Assembly (NCBI GenBank): GCA_044372915.1
Contig: JBILRA010000001.1
Coordinates: 1-55,815 of the forward strand
Source of the DNA: Candidatus Planktophila sp.
GTDB lineage: Bacteria > Actinomycetota > Actinomycetes > Nanopelagicales > Nanopelagicaceae
Reading direction: 5' to 3'
DNA length: 55,815 nucleotides
Part shown: piece after piece, positions 1-12,664 of the stretch
Numbering within the stretch: the first letter of the stretch is position 1
Layout: the number at the start of each line of letters is the position of its first letter
Translations under genes and position numbers: made by a program
Notes under the pieces: generated by a model
Seen by the model: the letters and a program-made list of their open reading frames with translations, nothing else
Told to the model about the DNA's origin: nothing
Database searches by the model: none

Positions 1-1826
<1,826 letters not shown>

Positions 1827-1839
1827 CTACCGTAACCCC

Positions 1840-2571
1840 GTGAGCCTCTACCGTGATGAAGCGATAGTCCTGCGTACCCAGAAACTTGGCGAAGCAGATC
1901 GCATCATCACAATGCTAACCCGCGAGCATGGTCGAATTCGCGGTGTTGCAAAAGGTGTGCGACGAACAATGTCGAAATTTGGCGCGCGCCTTGAACCAGG
2001 AAGCCATGTCGATATTCAGATGTACACGGGCAAAACCATTGACACCATTACTCAAGTTGAAGCAGTGATGAATTATGGCGAAATTATTTCGCACGATTAC
2101 CAACGGTGGACAATCGCTTCTGCCATTCTGGAAACAGCCGAACGCTTCACTGCGCAAGAATATGAGCCAGCGCTGCAGGAGTTTCAATTAGTAGTTGGTG
2201 GCATGAAGGCTCTGGCAGAAAATCGCTATGACTCATCGCTCATACTCGATGCATTCTTACTGCGCTCACTTGCCATCGGCGGATACGCCCCATCAATGAC
2301 TCAATGTTCGCGCTGTGAAAAACCTGGCCCTCATCGCTACTTTTCATTAGTAGGCGGCGGCTCTGTCTGCATGGATTGCCGCCCATCAGCATCTGCAACC
2401 CCGGCACCTGAAACTCTTGAACTTATGGGTGATCTCATTAGCGGAAATTGGGATCGCGCCAACACGAGCGACCTCCGTTTTCGCCGAGAGGCTAGTGGTC
2501 TAGTTGCCGCATATCTACAATGGCACCTTGAACGCGGACTCCGAAGTCTGCCTATGGTGGAGCGTGCATGA
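1840..2571 (+). CDS. recO: DNA repair protein RecO
   Basis: LGEADRI…AKGVRR N-terminus, CxxC…CxxC zinc motif, typical position before uppS. Confidence 0.95.
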   Translation: MSLYRDEAIVLRTQKLGEADRIITMLTREHGRIRGVAKGVRRTMSKFGARLEPGSHVDIQMYTGKTIDTITQVEAVMNYGEIISHDYQRWTIASAILETAERFTAQEYEPALQEFQLVVGGMKALAENRYDSSLILDAFLLRSLAIGGYAPSMTQCSRCEKPGPHRYFSLVGGGSVCMDCRPSASATPAPETLELMGDLISGNWDRANTSDLRFRREASGLVAAYLQWHLERGLRSLPMVERA

Positions 2572-3284
2572 GTAAGAAGAGTGCGATTGAAATTCCACAC
2601 CACGTTGCAGTGGTGATGGATGGCAACGGACGTTGGGCAAAAGATCGTGGATTGCCTCGTACCGCCGGCCATGAAGCAGGTGAAGCAGCGCTCTTCGATG
2701 TGGTGCAAGGTGCCATCGAATTCGGAGTAAAAGAGTTGAGCGCGTATGCATTCTCAACTGAGAATTGGAAACGTTCACCAGAGGAAGTCCGTTTCTTGAT
2801 GAACTTTAATCGCGATGTCTTACGTCGACGCCGTGATCAGATGGATGAGATGGGTGTAAAGATTCAATGGATCGGACGACCTAAGCGTTTATGGTCCTCG
2901 GTCATTAAAGAGTTAGAAGAAGCACAAGAGCAGACCAAGAAGAATAAAGTTCTCACCTTAAACATGTGCGTTAACTACGGTGGACGATCTGAGATTGTTG
3001 ATGCCGCCACCGAACTGGCGCGCGATGTGAAGCGGGGAAAAGTTAAGGCGGATTCGATTACAGAAAAAACGCTCGCCTCTTATCTCTATGATCCAAAGAT
3101 GAGCGATGTCGATCTCTTCTTGCGTTCATCTGGAGAACAGCGCACCAGTAACTTTTTACCATGGCAATCTGTCTATGCAGAGTTTGTCTTTATGGATGTG
3201 TTGTGGCCAGATGTGACGCGTAAAACCTTATGGAGAGCGATCGAAGAGTATTCAGATCGCGATCGCAGGTTCGGAAAAGCTTAA
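2568..3284 (+). CDS. uppS: cis-isoprenyl diphosphate synthase (UppS family)
   Basis: [21 protein letters not shown] and [11 protein letters not shown] motifs. Confidence 0.95.
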   Translation: MSKKSAIEIPHHVAVVMDGNGRWAKDRGLPRTAGHEAGEAALFDVVQGAIEFGVKELSAYAFSTENWKRSPEEVRFLMNFNRDVLRRRRDQMDEMGVKIQWIGRPKRLWSSVIKELEEAQEQTKKNKVLTLNMCVNYGGRSEIVDAATELARDVKRGKVKADSITEKTLASYLYDPKMSDVDLFLRSSGEQRTSNFLPWQSVYAEFVFMDVLWPDVTRKTLWRAIEEYSDRDRRFGKA

Positions 3285-3288
3285 AAAA

Positions 3289-3654
3289 TTAGCATTTGCC
3301 GCAGATGCCAAAGATTTCTGCGGTATGGCCTACATCGCGAAAGCCATGTTCTTCTGCCATGACACGGGCCCACTTTTCGATTGCGCCTCCTTCAATTTCA
3401 ACCGTTTCGCCACAACTTTTACAGACGAGGTGATGATGGTGGGCATCTCCACAGAGGCGATAGATAGCTTCACCATCATCACGTCGCAGTACATCGACAA
3501 TCTTGTCGCTCACTAGAGACTGGAGTGAGCGATAGACAGTCGTGAGCCCGATGCTCTCACCCTCGCGTTGCATGAGGCGATAAATCTCTTGCGCACTAGC
3601 AAATCCGCCAGCGCGCTCAAGGGTGCTCAGTACGCGAGGATTAGAACGGGACAT
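3289..3654 (-). CDS. zur: Fur-family regulator, Zur-like
   Basis: GLTTVYRSL helix, HHHHLVCxxC, terminal CxxC; follows a Zn transporter that has a Zur-type box. Confidence 0.85.
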   Translation of the reverse strand: MSRSNPRVLSTLERAGGFASAQEIYRLMQREGESIGLTTVYRSLQSLVSDKIVDVLRRDDGEAIYRLCGDAHHHHLVCKSCGETVEIEGGAIEKWARVMAEEHGFRDVGHTAEIFGICGKC

Positions 3655-3662
3655 GTATCTGA

Positions 3663-4481
3663 TTACTCGTGATCATGTTCATCTGAGTGAATAGTCTCTT
3701 CGTGAACCGTTGAATCTGCGCCGTGGTTATGAACTTCTCCAGAGTGAAGGTAGCTAACCAAAGCCCACATGATAGCTACACCTGCAATTGTTGAAACCAT
3801 AGTCCAGCGAGAAGAGTGTTGTGAATGTGCCTCTGGAAGAATGTGCGCTGTTGCAAGGTATATGACTATACCGGCGAAACCTGCGAGATAAATCGCAATC
3901 AGATCATCACTGATTACAAGGCTTGCACCGAGTGCCGCACCGCTAATACGTGCAACAGCATCAACGCCTAATAACCAAATACCTTTCTTGCCCCACTTAC
4001 CGCTCTTAATGAGAAAAGAGACGGTATTGAGTCCATCGCTAAAAGCATGCACGAGTAGAGCGATAAAGACTGCAACTCCAAGTTCTGAGCTGACCTTAAA
4101 TGCAACGCCAAGTGCCAAACCATCTAGAAAGACGTGGCCACCCATCGCAACTGCTCCGAAAACACCGGTGAGATTAGCTGAGTGTTTATGTTCGTGGCCG
4201 TAGTCAGATTCTGCTGGCTCGTGTGATCCTGAGAGTTGTTCAAAGAAGTGAAGGAGTAAAAATCCGGCAACGAGTGCAATCGATGTTGCCGGTGCATGAA
4301 GAAATTCACTGCTTCCAAGTTCAAAGACTTCAGGTAGAAGGTCGAAGGCAACTAAGCCAAGAAGGAGACCCGCTGAAAGTCCTAAAACTAAGTGGAGGCG
4401 ATCCTTTGATTTAATTGCAAGGGTTCCGCCTGCAAAGGTGGCGATGGCTGTGGCTGCTGCGAGCGCGATGGCTATATTCAT
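3663..4481 (-). CDS. ZIP-family (ZupT-like) metal transporter with His-rich loop and tail
   Basis: Multiple hydrophobic segments, HVFLDG and HAFSDG motifs, ILPEAH, tail HSGEVHNHG…HSDEHDHE. Confidence 0.85.
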   Translation of the reverse strand: MNIAIALAAATAIATFAGGTLAIKSKDRLHLVLGLSAGLLLGLVAFDLLPEVFELGSSEFLHAPATSIALVAGFLLLHFFEQLSGSHEPAESDYGHEHKHSANLTGVFGAVAMGGHVFLDGLALGVAFKVSSELGVAVFIALLVHAFSDGLNTVSFLIKSGKWGKKGIWLLGVDAVARISGAALGASLVISDDLIAIYLAGFAGIVIYLATAHILPEAHSQHSSRWTMVSTIAGVAIMWALVSYLHSGEVHNHGADSTVHEETIHSDEHDHE

Positions 4482-4498
4482 AGCCAGAAGATAGCATA

Positions 4499-4517
4499 AA
4501 TGAAAATGATTTTCATT
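4499..4517. promoter_or_regulatory. Zur-type operator, perfect 9-1-9 palindrome AATGAAAAT-G-ATTTTCATT
   Basis: Perfect palindrome matching the actinobacterial Zur core TGAAAATnATTTTCA, adjacent to the ZIP extended -10 (TGCTATCTT, minus strand 4496-4488). Confidence 0.85.
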
Positions 4518-4545
4518 CCCATATCCCAGCGGCTAGCCTTACCCC

Positions 4546-4815
4546 ATGATCGCCGTTGCTAGATTTGAGATTCCGTTGGGCCAAGGGGCAGATTTTCGCC
4601 TCGAACTCGAGGGCGTTCGCGCAGTCTTGGCAGAGGCTGCCGGATTTCTAGGCGGTGAAGTTGGCCAGAATTTAGATGAACCGACCTTATGGGTGCTGAC
4701 AACCCGTTGGGAAAATGTCGGCTCTTATCGCAGAGCGCTAAGTTCTACGCGCGCAAAGCTTGAGGCGATTCCCGTGCTCGCTCGTGCAATCGATGAGGCG
4801 GGAGCATACGAGTAA
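4546..4815 (+). CDS. Antibiotic biosynthesis monooxygenase (ABM) family protein
   Basis: 89 aa with GF…G.N.DEP..W…T.W.NVGSYRRALS; usual actinobacterial neighbour of glyQS. Confidence 0.8.
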   Translation: MIAVARFEIPLGQGADFRLELEGVRAVLAEAAGFLGGEVGQNLDEPTLWVLTTRWENVGSYRRALSSTRAKLEAIPVLARAIDEAGAYE

Positions 4816-4888
4816 GCAGAAGGTAAACTTAGCAATGTGAGCAACGCCCGTTGCTCTTCGCCGACAGCCAGCCGGATGGGGATCAAAA

Positions 4889-6268
4889 ATGGCCGTAGAT
4901 CGTTTAGAAAATATTGTTTCACTTGCAAAGCGTCGTGGATTTGTTTATCCATCATCTGAAATTTATGGCGGATTACGCGCCTCATGGGATTACGGCCCAC
5001 TCGGAGTCGAACTCAAAAATAACGTCAAGCGCCAATGGTGGAAAGCCATGGTCATGGGACGCGAAGATGTTGTCGGTATTGATTCATGTGTGATCTTGGC
5101 GCGCGAAGTCTGGGAAGCATCAGGTCACGTTGCAACATTTAGCGATCCGCTTACTGAGTGCACCGCATGTCATAAGCGATATCGTGCAGATCATCTGGAA
5201 GAAGCTTACGAAGCAAAGCATAAGAAGAAACTTGAATCCTTAAGTGAGATGAACTGCCCTGCCTGCGGAAACAAGGGTCAGTTCACAACTCCAAAGCAGT
5301 TCTCAGGTTTGTTAAAAACTTTCCTTGGACCTGTTGAAGATGAATCAGGTCTTGCCTATCTTCGCCCAGAGACGGCACAAGGAATCTTTATCAACTTTGA
5401 TCAGGTGATGACAACTTCTCGCAAAAAGCCACCATTTGGTATTGGCCAGATTGGTAAGTCATTCCGTAACGAAATTACGCCAGGAAACTTTATCTTCCGT
5501 ACTCGTGAATTTGAGCAGATGGAGATGGAGTTCTTTGTCGTTCCAGGAACAGATGAAGATTGGCACCAATACTGGATTGATACACGTCTTGCTTGGTATA
5601 AAGATCTTGGAATTAATCCAGAGCGTCTTCGTATCTATGATCATCCAAAAGAAAAGTTATCTCATTACTCAAAGCGCACTGCTGATATTGAGTACAAGTT
5701 CGAATTCACTGGAACTGAGTGGGGCGAACTAGAAGGAATTGCAAACCGCACAGACTTCGATCTCAAGGCTCACTCTTCCGCCTCTGGAAAAGATCTTTCA
5801 TACTTCGATCAAGAGAAGAATGAGCGCTGGACACCATTTGTTATCGAGCCTGCAGCAGGAGTTGATCGTTGCGCGCTGACATTCTTAATGGATGCATATA
5901 CAGAAGATGAAGCCCCTAATGCCAAGGGAGAGATGGAAAAGCGCGTTGTTCTCAAGCTTGATTATCGCCTTGCACCGGTAAAGGTTGCAGTCTTGCCTCT
6001 CTCACGTAACGCTGATCTCTCTCCTAAGGCTCGCGATCTTGCTGATCAACTGCGCAAGAATTGGAATATCGATTTTGATGATGCTGGCGCAATTGGCCGT
6101 CGTTATCGCCGCCAAGATGAGATCGGTACGCCATATTGCATCACGATCGATTTTGAAACTCTGGAAGATAATGCGGTAACAATTCGTGACCGCGACACTA
6201 TGACGCAAGAGCGAATCTCACTTGATCAGGTGCAGGCATGGTTAGCGCCACGTCTACTGGGTTGCTAA
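4889..6268 (+). CDS. glyQS: Glycine--tRNA ligase (alpha2 type)
   Basis: [26 protein letters not shown] and [14 protein letters not shown] motifs. Confidence 0.97.
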   Translation: MAVDRLENIVSLAKRRGFVYPSSEIYGGLRASWDYGPLGVELKNNVKRQWWKAMVMGREDVVGIDSCVILAREVWEASGHVATFSDPLTECTACHKRYRADHLEEAYEAKHKKKLESLSEMNCPACGNKGQFTTPKQFSGLLKTFLGPVEDESGLAYLRPETAQGIFINFDQVMTTSRKKPPFGIGQIGKSFRNEITPGNFIFRTREFEQMEMEFFVVPGTDEDWHQYWIDTRLAWYKDLGINPERLRIYDHPKEKLSHYSKRTADIEYKFEFTGTEWGELEGIANRTDFDLKAHSSASGKDLSYFDQEKNERWTPFVIEPAAGVDRCALTFLMDAYTEDEAPNAKGEMEKRVVLKLDYRLAPVKVAVLPLSRNADLSPKARDLADQLRKNWNIDFDDAGAIGRRYRRQDEIGTPYCITIDFETLEDNAVTIRDRDTMTQERISLDQVQAWLAPRLLGC

Positions 6269-7395
6269 CACTTCCTCTATCAAGCGGTACGTATCAGCTT
6301 GATTCACCAGTAGTTCTAGCGCCAATGGCTGGAATTACTAATGCACCGTTTCGCATGTTGTGTCGCGAACAGGGTGCTGGGCTCTTCGTATCTGAAATGG
6401 TGACAGCGCGTGCATTACTAGAGCGCATCCCAGAAACACTGCGCATGATTGAGCCAGGCCCTGGAGAATGGCCGCGATCAATTCAGTTGTACAGCGTTGA
6501 TCCACATCATATGAGCGAAGCGGTGAAGATGATCGGTCGCGAAAATTTGGCAGATCACATTGATATGAATTTTGGTTGTCCTGTCCCAAAGGTGACTCGC
6601 AAAGGTGGGGGAGCCGCACTTCCCTATAAGCGCAAACTCTTTACATCAATTGTTGAAGCGGCAGTCAATGCGGCAAAGCCTTTTGGAATTCCAGTGACGG
6701 TAAAGATGCGCATAGGTATCGACAGCGATCACATTACATACCTTGATGCAGCACAATCCGCGGCAAATCTTGGCGTTGCTTGGGTAGCGCTACATGCACG
6801 TACTGCAGCACAGATGTATGAAGGAAAGGCAGATTGGTCTGCCATCGCGCAGTTGGTGGAACATCTCAAACCCACGGGAGTTCCAGTCTTAGGAAATGGC
6901 GATATCTGGTCGGGTAGTGATGGTGTTGCCATGATGGAACAGACCGGATGCGCTGGAGTTGTTGTTGGGCGTGGCTGTTTAGGACGCCCGTGGCTTTTTA
7001 CTGATTTAACGCAATCAATGGTCGGCAGTGATGAGCGAGTATTACCATCGCTGCATCAAGTGCGTGAAGTGATGTTTCGCCACGGCGAATTAATCGTTGA
7101 ATACTTCGAATCAGAAGATCGCGGCTGTCGTGATCTGCGCAAACACATGGCCTGGTATCTCAAAGGATTTAGAGTTCCAAGTGAATTGCGTCGACAGTTT
7201 GGAATGATCGCATCCCTTGCTGAATTTCGTCTTCTGCTCGGTCAATTAGATGAACAGCCATACCCAATTGAGGTCGCTGAAAAACCTCGTGGTCGCACAA
7301 GCCATGGTCGTCCACCAACACTTCCTGATGGCTGGCTCAATGATCCAGATGAGATTATTACCTTAGATTCTGAAGATATGTTCTCGGGTGGATGA
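6238..7395 (+). CDS. dusB: tRNA-dihydrouridine synthase
   Basis: LAPMAG, DMNFGCP, HART and GNGD motifs; true start may be slightly downstream. Confidence 0.92.
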   Translation: MVSATSTGLLTLPLSSGTYQLDSPVVLAPMAGITNAPFRMLCREQGAGLFVSEMVTARALLERIPETLRMIEPGPGEWPRSIQLYSVDPHHMSEAVKMIGRENLADHIDMNFGCPVPKVTRKGGGAALPYKRKLFTSIVEAAVNAAKPFGIPVTVKMRIGIDSDHITYLDAAQSAANLGVAWVALHARTAAQMYEGKADWSAIAQLVEHLKPTGVPVLGNGDIWSGSDGVAMMEQTGCAGVVVGRGCLGRPWLFTDLTQSMVGSDERVLPSLHQVREVMFRHGELIVEYFESEDRGCRDLRKHMAWYLKGFRVPSELRRQFGMIASLAEFRLLLGQLDEQPYPIEVAEKPRGRTSHGRPPTLPDGWLNDPDEIITLDSEDMFSGG

Positions 7396-8015
7396 TGTTT
7401 AAATTCATTTTTCGCATCATCACACTTCTTATTGCCATCATTATTGCAATACCTGCCTACGCAATCTTTGTTACATGGAACTCTGCGAATAACCCATCAG
7501 ATCGTGCAATGGCAGATGTAATTGTTATTCCAGGCGCAGCGCAATTGGATGGAACTCCTGGTCCTGTACTACAAGCTCGGCTTGAACAAGCAGTGCGATT
7601 ATTTCGTGCCGGTGTTGCACCACTTATCATCACTGTTGGATCGGGTGCTCCAGGTGATCGCACAACTGAGGCCGACTCCGGTCGTCGCTGGCTTATCAAT
7701 AATGGAGTTCCACGGAGTGCGGTGATTGCTCTGCCTGAAGGTCGCGATACGTTAACCCAGACAAAGTTGTATGTGAAAGAGATGCGTGAGCGATCAATAA
7801 AAAGTGTTGTAATTGCAACTGATCCATTTCACTGTCAACGTGCGATGACGATGGCTCGCGACCTCGATGCAGATCCATTCTGTGCACCCGTTCCTGATGG
7901 ACCTAACTCACTTGATGGATCTACTTATCGCTACCTCATTCGTGAAGCGGGTGCCTATCTTTCATACATCACCTTAGGACGCAGAGGAATTCACCTCAGC
8001 GATCACCTAGGCTAA
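7392..8015 (+). CDS. YdcF/SanA-like (DUF218) membrane-anchored protein
   Basis: N-terminal TM, IVIPGA…RL..A, TEA, TDPFHCQRA and RE motifs. Confidence 0.8.
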   Translation: MMFKFIFRIITLLIAIIIAIPAYAIFVTWNSANNPSDRAMADVIVIPGAAQLDGTPGPVLQARLEQAVRLFRAGVAPLIITVGSGAPGDRTTEADSGRRWLINNGVPRSAVIALPEGRDTLTQTKLYVKEMRERSIKSVVIATDPFHCQRAMTMARDLDADPFCAPVPDGPNSLDGSTYRYLIREAGAYLSYITLGRRGIHLSDHLG

Positions 8016-8019
8016 GCCC

Positions 8020-9231
8020 ATGTCATATAGCCAGAGTGATCAAGAGCGGTTCCTTTATGAACCAGCAAAACGCTCTGGGCGTACTGAGTTCATGCGAGAT
8101 CGCGCACGCGTAATTCATTCTGCGGCGCTGCGACGACTTGCCGCAAAGACACAAGTTGCAGTTCCTTGGGAGAACGATTTCCAGCGTACCCGCTTGTCGC
8201 ACTCTATGGAATGTGCACAAATTGGTCGAGAACTTGGCGAATCTCTTGGCGCAGATCCAGATCTTCTTGAAACAGCTTGCCTTTCGCACGATCTAGGTCA
8301 CCCACCATTTGGCCACAACGGTGAAGAAGCCCTGGCTGAAATTGCAGAAAACTATGGTGGTTTTGAAGGAAATGCGCAGAGTTTTAGATTACTTACTCGT
8401 ATTGAAGCAAAGACAGTTGATGCCGATGGAAAATCTGTCGGCTTAAATCTGACTCGTGCCAGCCTTGATGCAGCAACAAAATATCCGTGGCCTCGTGCAA
8501 CTAATCCACGCAAATTTGGTGTCTACGACGACGATGTCGAAATTTTCAATTGGGTACGACAAGGTGCACCCGATGGACGTCAATGTATCGAAGCGCAGAT
8601 CATGGATTGGTCTGATGATTGCGCATACTCAGTTCACGATTTAGAAGATGCGATTTTTGTCGGCACCGTCAAGGTCTCTGATTTCGAGCGAGATTTCGAT
8701 ACTTTGTATACAGAGATGGTGACAAGCTACAAGAGCGATGCAAGCAAAGACGAAGTTGCCGCCGCACTTACTCGCCTAGAATCTCTCTCTTGCTGGCCAC
8801 GTACCTATGATCGATCACATCGCTCTCTTGCCCGTTTAAAGGATTCAACTTCACAGCTAATTGGTCGATTTGTCTTGGCTGCAGAAATGCACACACGGGA
8901 AATTCATGGTGCAGGTGCATTGATGCGATACAACGCTAATCTTGAGATTCCGAGAGAGCAGAGAGTCGAGGTTGATTTCCTTAAAGCCATTGCTGGGCAC
9001 TACTTAATTAGTGCTGATGCGTCACAGGAAAGGTATGCCGGGCAGAAAAAGCTGATCGCAGAACTTGTAGAGATGCTCTACGCAAAAGCACCTGCAGCGT
9101 TGGACCCTATTTTTCTCGACGATTGGGCATTGGCTGATAACGATGTTGCACGAATGCGAGTGGTCATTGATCAGATTGCCAGCCTGACTGATCCCGGTGC
9201 ATACGCCCTCCATACCCATCTGCAGGGGTAA
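8020..9231 (+). CDS. dgt: Deoxyguanosinetriphosphate triphosphohydrolase
   Basis: RRLAAKTQV, RTRLSHS, HDLGHPPFGHNGE and FEGNAQ motifs. Confidence 0.95.
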   Translation: MSYSQSDQERFLYEPAKRSGRTEFMRDRARVIHSAALRRLAAKTQVAVPWENDFQRTRLSHSMECAQIGRELGESLGADPDLLETACLSHDLGHPPFGHNGEEALAEIAENYGGFEGNAQSFRLLTRIEAKTVDADGKSVGLNLTRASLDAATKYPWPRATNPRKFGVYDDDVEIFNWVRQGAPDGRQCIEAQIMDWSDDCAYSVHDLEDAIFVGTVKVSDFERDFDTLYTEMVTSYKSDASKDEVAAALTRLESLSCWPRTYDRSHRSLARLKDSTSQLIGRFVLAAEMHTREIHGAGALMRYNANLEIPREQRVEVDFLKAIAGHYLISADASQERYAGQKKLIAELVEMLYAKAPAALDPIFLDDWALADNDVARMRVVIDQIASLTDPGAYALHTHLQG

Positions 9232-9248
9232 TTGGATAGAGTGGGGAT

Positions 9249-11081
9249 ATGGCCGGTCGCATAAAAGCTGAGGACGTTACATATATCCGCGACCATGCCC
9301 CTATTGATGAAGTTGTTGGCGAATACGTCCAACTCAAATCTGCGGGTGGAGGTCAAAAAAAAGGCCTCTGTCCTTTTCACGATGAGAAATCTCCTTCATT
9401 CCACGTAACCCCAAGCAAGGGTTACTTTCACTGTTTTGGTTGTCAGACAGGTGGTGACGCGATTTCATTCCTAATGAAAATTGATCACCTGACATTTACT
9501 GAAACAGTTGAGCGCCTTGCCGAACGTATTGGCTACACCTTGCGTTATGAAGAAAGTGGAAGCGCTCCATCAGGACCGTCTGTTAATCGGTCAAGGCTTG
9601 TTGCCGCAAACGCTCTGGCTGCACAATTCTTTCAAGAGCAACTCAACTCTTCACCCGATGCAGCACATGGCCGTGATCTATTAACAAAGCGCGGCTTTGA
9701 TAAAGAAGCATGCACAACCTTCGGAGTTGGGTACGCACCTGATTCATGGGATGCGCTCACAAAACATTTACGTGCGGCCGGTTATTCAATCGAGGAACTT
9801 GAACTCGCAGGGCTTTCAAAGATGGGCGAGAGAGGCCCGATTGATAAATTTAGGAATCGCCTGACTTGGCCGATTCGCGACATATCTGGAGATGTTGTTG
9901 GTTTCGGTGCTAGAAAACTTGCAAGTGACGAGCAAGATCAAGGCCCCAAATATTTGAATACATCCGAGACACCAATTTATAAAAAGAGTCAGGTGCTTTA
10001 CGGCCTTGATATGGCAAAGAAAGAGATCGCAAAGAAGCGCCAAGTAGTCATAGTTGAGGGCTATACCGATGTGATGGCCGCCCATCTAGCGGGAATTACA
10101 ACGGCGGTTGCTACCTGCGGAACTGCATTCGGTGCAGAACACATTCGAATTATTCGCCGCTTATTAATGGATGACGATGCTTTCAGAGGCGAAGTAATCT
10201 TCACATTTGATGGAGATGCCGCGGGACAAAAAGCTGCCATGCGAGCCTTCAGCGAAGATCAAAAGTTTGTCACCCAAACATTTGTCGCAGTTGAACCCGA
10301 TGGATTAGATCCGTGCGACCTTCGGCAGAATAAGGGTGATCTCGCACTACGCGATCTGATTGCAAAACGTGTTCCGCTCTTTGAGTTTGCAATTCGCACA
10401 GAACTTAAACTTCATAATCTTTCCACCGCCGAAGGCCGTGTTAACGCACTTAATGCCACCGCACCACTCGTAGCGCAGATTCGAGATAAGTCCTTACGCC
10501 CTGAGTACTCGAGGCTTCTTGCAGGGTGGCTAGGTGTGGAAGTAGAGATTGTGACTTCAGCTGTCGGGCAAGGAGCTCGGCGAGTTTCGACACAAGAACA
10601 AGAACCTGATCAGGCTGATCAATCCTGGCGTCCACATCCACAAGAGCCTCGGCTTCTACTTGAACGAGAAGTTCTTAAGGCGCGCTTTCAGATGCCTGAA
10701 TTAGTGACGACGTGGAGTGAGATTGAGGCGGCTGCCTTTACTCATCCTGCCTACATCGAAATGAAAAAGACTATTGATGAGCAAAAGAGTTCGACTATTG
10801 CAATTGATGACATAAACGATGAACGTATGAAGACACTATTTACAGAACTCACTGTCGAACCGATTCGATCTGATGGAGAAGTCTCTGCTCGCTATATCGA
10901 AAGTATCGTTGCCCGACTTCGTGAAGTTGGTATTAGTCGGGCGATCGCCGATCTGAAATCAAATCTGCAACGTCTAAATCCCGTAGAAAATCCCGATGAG
11001 TACAACAGCGCCTTCGCAGCCCTTGTCGCCCTAGAAACCACTCGTCGTGGGCTACATGAGTTGTCGATAGGCTCGCTTTAG
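9249..11081 (+). CDS. dnaG: DNA primase
   Basis: CPFH…CFGC zinc finger, PKYLNT, EGYTDV, FDGDAAG Toprim. Confidence 0.97.
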   Translation: MAGRIKAEDVTYIRDHAPIDEVVGEYVQLKSAGGGQKKGLCPFHDEKSPSFHVTPSKGYFHCFGCQTGGDAISFLMKIDHLTFTETVERLAERIGYTLRYEESGSAPSGPSVNRSRLVAANALAAQFFQEQLNSSPDAAHGRDLLTKRGFDKEACTTFGVGYAPDSWDALTKHLRAAGYSIEELELAGLSKMGERGPIDKFRNRLTWPIRDISGDVVGFGARKLASDEQDQGPKYLNTSETPIYKKSQVLYGLDMAKKEIAKKRQVVIVEGYTDVMAAHLAGITTAVATCGTAFGAEHIRIIRRLLMDDDAFRGEVIFTFDGDAAGQKAAMRAFSEDQKFVTQTFVAVEPDGLDPCDLRQNKGDLALRDLIAKRVPLFEFAIRTELKLHNLSTAEGRVNALNATAPLVAQIRDKSLRPEYSRLLAGWLGVEVEIVTSAVGQGARRVSTQEQEPDQADQSWRPHPQEPRLLLEREVLKARFQMPELVTTWSEIEAAAFTHPAYIEMKKTIDEQKSSTIAIDDINDERMKTLFTELTVEPIRSDGEVSARYIESIVARLREVGISRAIADLKSNLQRLNPVENPDEYNSAFAALVALETTRRGLHELSIGSL

Positions 11082-11137
11082 CGCCTTCGATTTTCGCCCA
11101 CACGCTCACGTGAGGTAGAGTCAGCGCTTAACGTCAT

Positions 11138-11209
11138 TCCCTCATAGCTCAACGGCAGAGCAGCCGACTGTTAATCGGCAGGTTCTTGGTTCGAATCCAA
11201 GTGAGGGAG
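11138..11209 (+). tRNA. tRNA-Asn(GTT)
   Basis: Acceptor stem TCCCTCA/TGAGGGA, anticodon arm GCCGA-CTGTTAA-TCGGC, TTCGAAT T-loop; CCA not encoded. Confidence 0.95.
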
Positions 11210-11264
11210 CTCCGCAATCGTTTTGCATGCGACTCACAGATACTTTTAAGCCATAAGGACGATA

Positions 11265-12398
11265 ATGGTAGGTATGAGAAACGTGAAGTTAAAGAGATCA
11301 GGGAAGTTCGTAGCCGCATTTCTTGCTGGCGCAATCATTGCGGGTGGCGTTGGTGCTGTTGCATCGACACAAAACTCAACCTCAATCGCTGCATGTGCCG
11401 ATAAGCGCACGGGAGCTCTCTTCCTATCTGCAACAGGCAGCTGTCCTACCAACCGCACCTTGATTCAAATCGGTGGGCCAGTGATGAACGCTAAAGCAAT
11501 AGCCTCACTTGTCACGCCAACAGTTGTTTCAATCTCAGTCACCGCAGCAGCCGGAAGTGGCACAGGCTCTGGCTCAGTTTATAAGAGCTCAGCAAGTGGA
11601 AGTTTCATCATTACCAATAACCATGTGATTGAAGATGCAGTAACAAACGGAACGATCAAAGTTGAGTTCACGAGTGGTGAGCAAGTCACTGCGACAATCG
11701 TCGGTCGGGATCCTATGTATGACATCGCGGTTCTTTCGATTAAAACTGCAAACCTACCAACTATTGCGATCGGTGATTCTTCTAAGGTATCCGTCGGAGA
11801 TCCTGTCTTGGCGATCGGTTCACCTCTTGGACTAGCAAGCACGGTGACAAGCGGAATCGTGTCAGCACTGAATCGTCCAGTCACTGCCGGTACCGAGGGT
11901 AGCGAATCGTATGTAAACGCGATTCAAACAGACGCGGCAATCAATCCCGGTAACTCAGGCGGCGCGCTCGTTGACGCACAAGGAAGAATTATCGGAGTTA
12001 ACTCTGCAATTGCAACTCTTTCATCCGGTGGAACTAGTGGATCAATTGGTCTTGGATTTTCAATTCCCATGAATGAAGCAAAACGAGTGATTGATGAAAT
12101 AATTGCAACAGGTAAATCAACTAGACCGCTTCTTGGTGTTGAAATTGATAGAACATTTACGGGGATTGGTGCTCGTATTCAAGCCCTGGTTCCTGGCGGA
12201 GCTGCAGAAAAGGCTGGAATTCCAGTGAGATCAGTTATTCGCTCAATTGACGGAGTACGAATTCCAAACGGCGAGGCGGCTATAGTCAAGATTCGTTCAT
12301 ACCCACCCGGAACGAGTATTTCAGTCGTTGTCGATCTACCCAATGGCGGTGGCAGTAAGACCTTTAATGTAACTCTTGGTAGCGCTCCATCCATGTAG
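11265..12398 (+). CDS. HtrA/S1C serine protease with PDZ domain
   Basis: TNNHV, DIAV and GNSGG catalytic triad, C-terminal PDZ, N-terminal hydrophobic segment; alternative start at 11274. Confidence 0.92.
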   Translation: MVGMRNVKLKRSGKFVAAFLAGAIIAGGVGAVASTQNSTSIAACADKRTGALFLSATGSCPTNRTLIQIGGPVMNAKAIASLVTPTVVSISVTAAAGSGTGSGSVYKSSASGSFIITNNHVIEDAVTNGTIKVEFTSGEQVTATIVGRDPMYDIAVLSIKTANLPTIAIGDSSKVSVGDPVLAIGSPLGLASTVTSGIVSALNRPVTAGTEGSESYVNAIQTDAAINPGNSGGALVDAQGRIIGVNSAIATLSSGGTSGSIGLGFSIPMNEAKRVIDEIIATGKSTRPLLGVEIDRTFTGIGARIQALVPGGAAEKAGIPVRSVIRSIDGVRIPNGEAAIVKIRSYPPGTSISVVVDLPNGGGSKTFNVTLGSAPSM

Positions 12399-12407
12399 AG
12401 TTGGGAT

Positions 12408-12650
12408 ATGGCCTTATTCCAATTAAAGATTTCATTGCCAGATCAACCAGGTTCACTCGGGGCCATTGCATCTGCAATCGGTGCCGCCGGGTGTGACATT
12501 CGTTCGTTGAGCGTCTTGGAATCAAAAGATGGCGTTGGTTATGACGAATTCCTGGTTGCGGTGCCTGGCACAGATCCGAGAGATCTTGTGACAGTACTTT
12601 CAGCAATGGGTGGCGTTAACGTAATTTCAATCGAACCCGTCACTACATAG
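12408..12650 (+). CDS. ACT-domain protein
   Basis: LPDQPGSLGAIASAIG…DIRSL ACT pattern. Confidence 0.82.
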   Translation: MALFQLKISLPDQPGSLGAIASAIGAAGCDIRSLSVLESKDGVGYDEFLVAVPGTDPRDLVTVLSAMGGVNVISIEPVTT

Positions 12651-12664
12651 CTTTTTCGCTCGTA

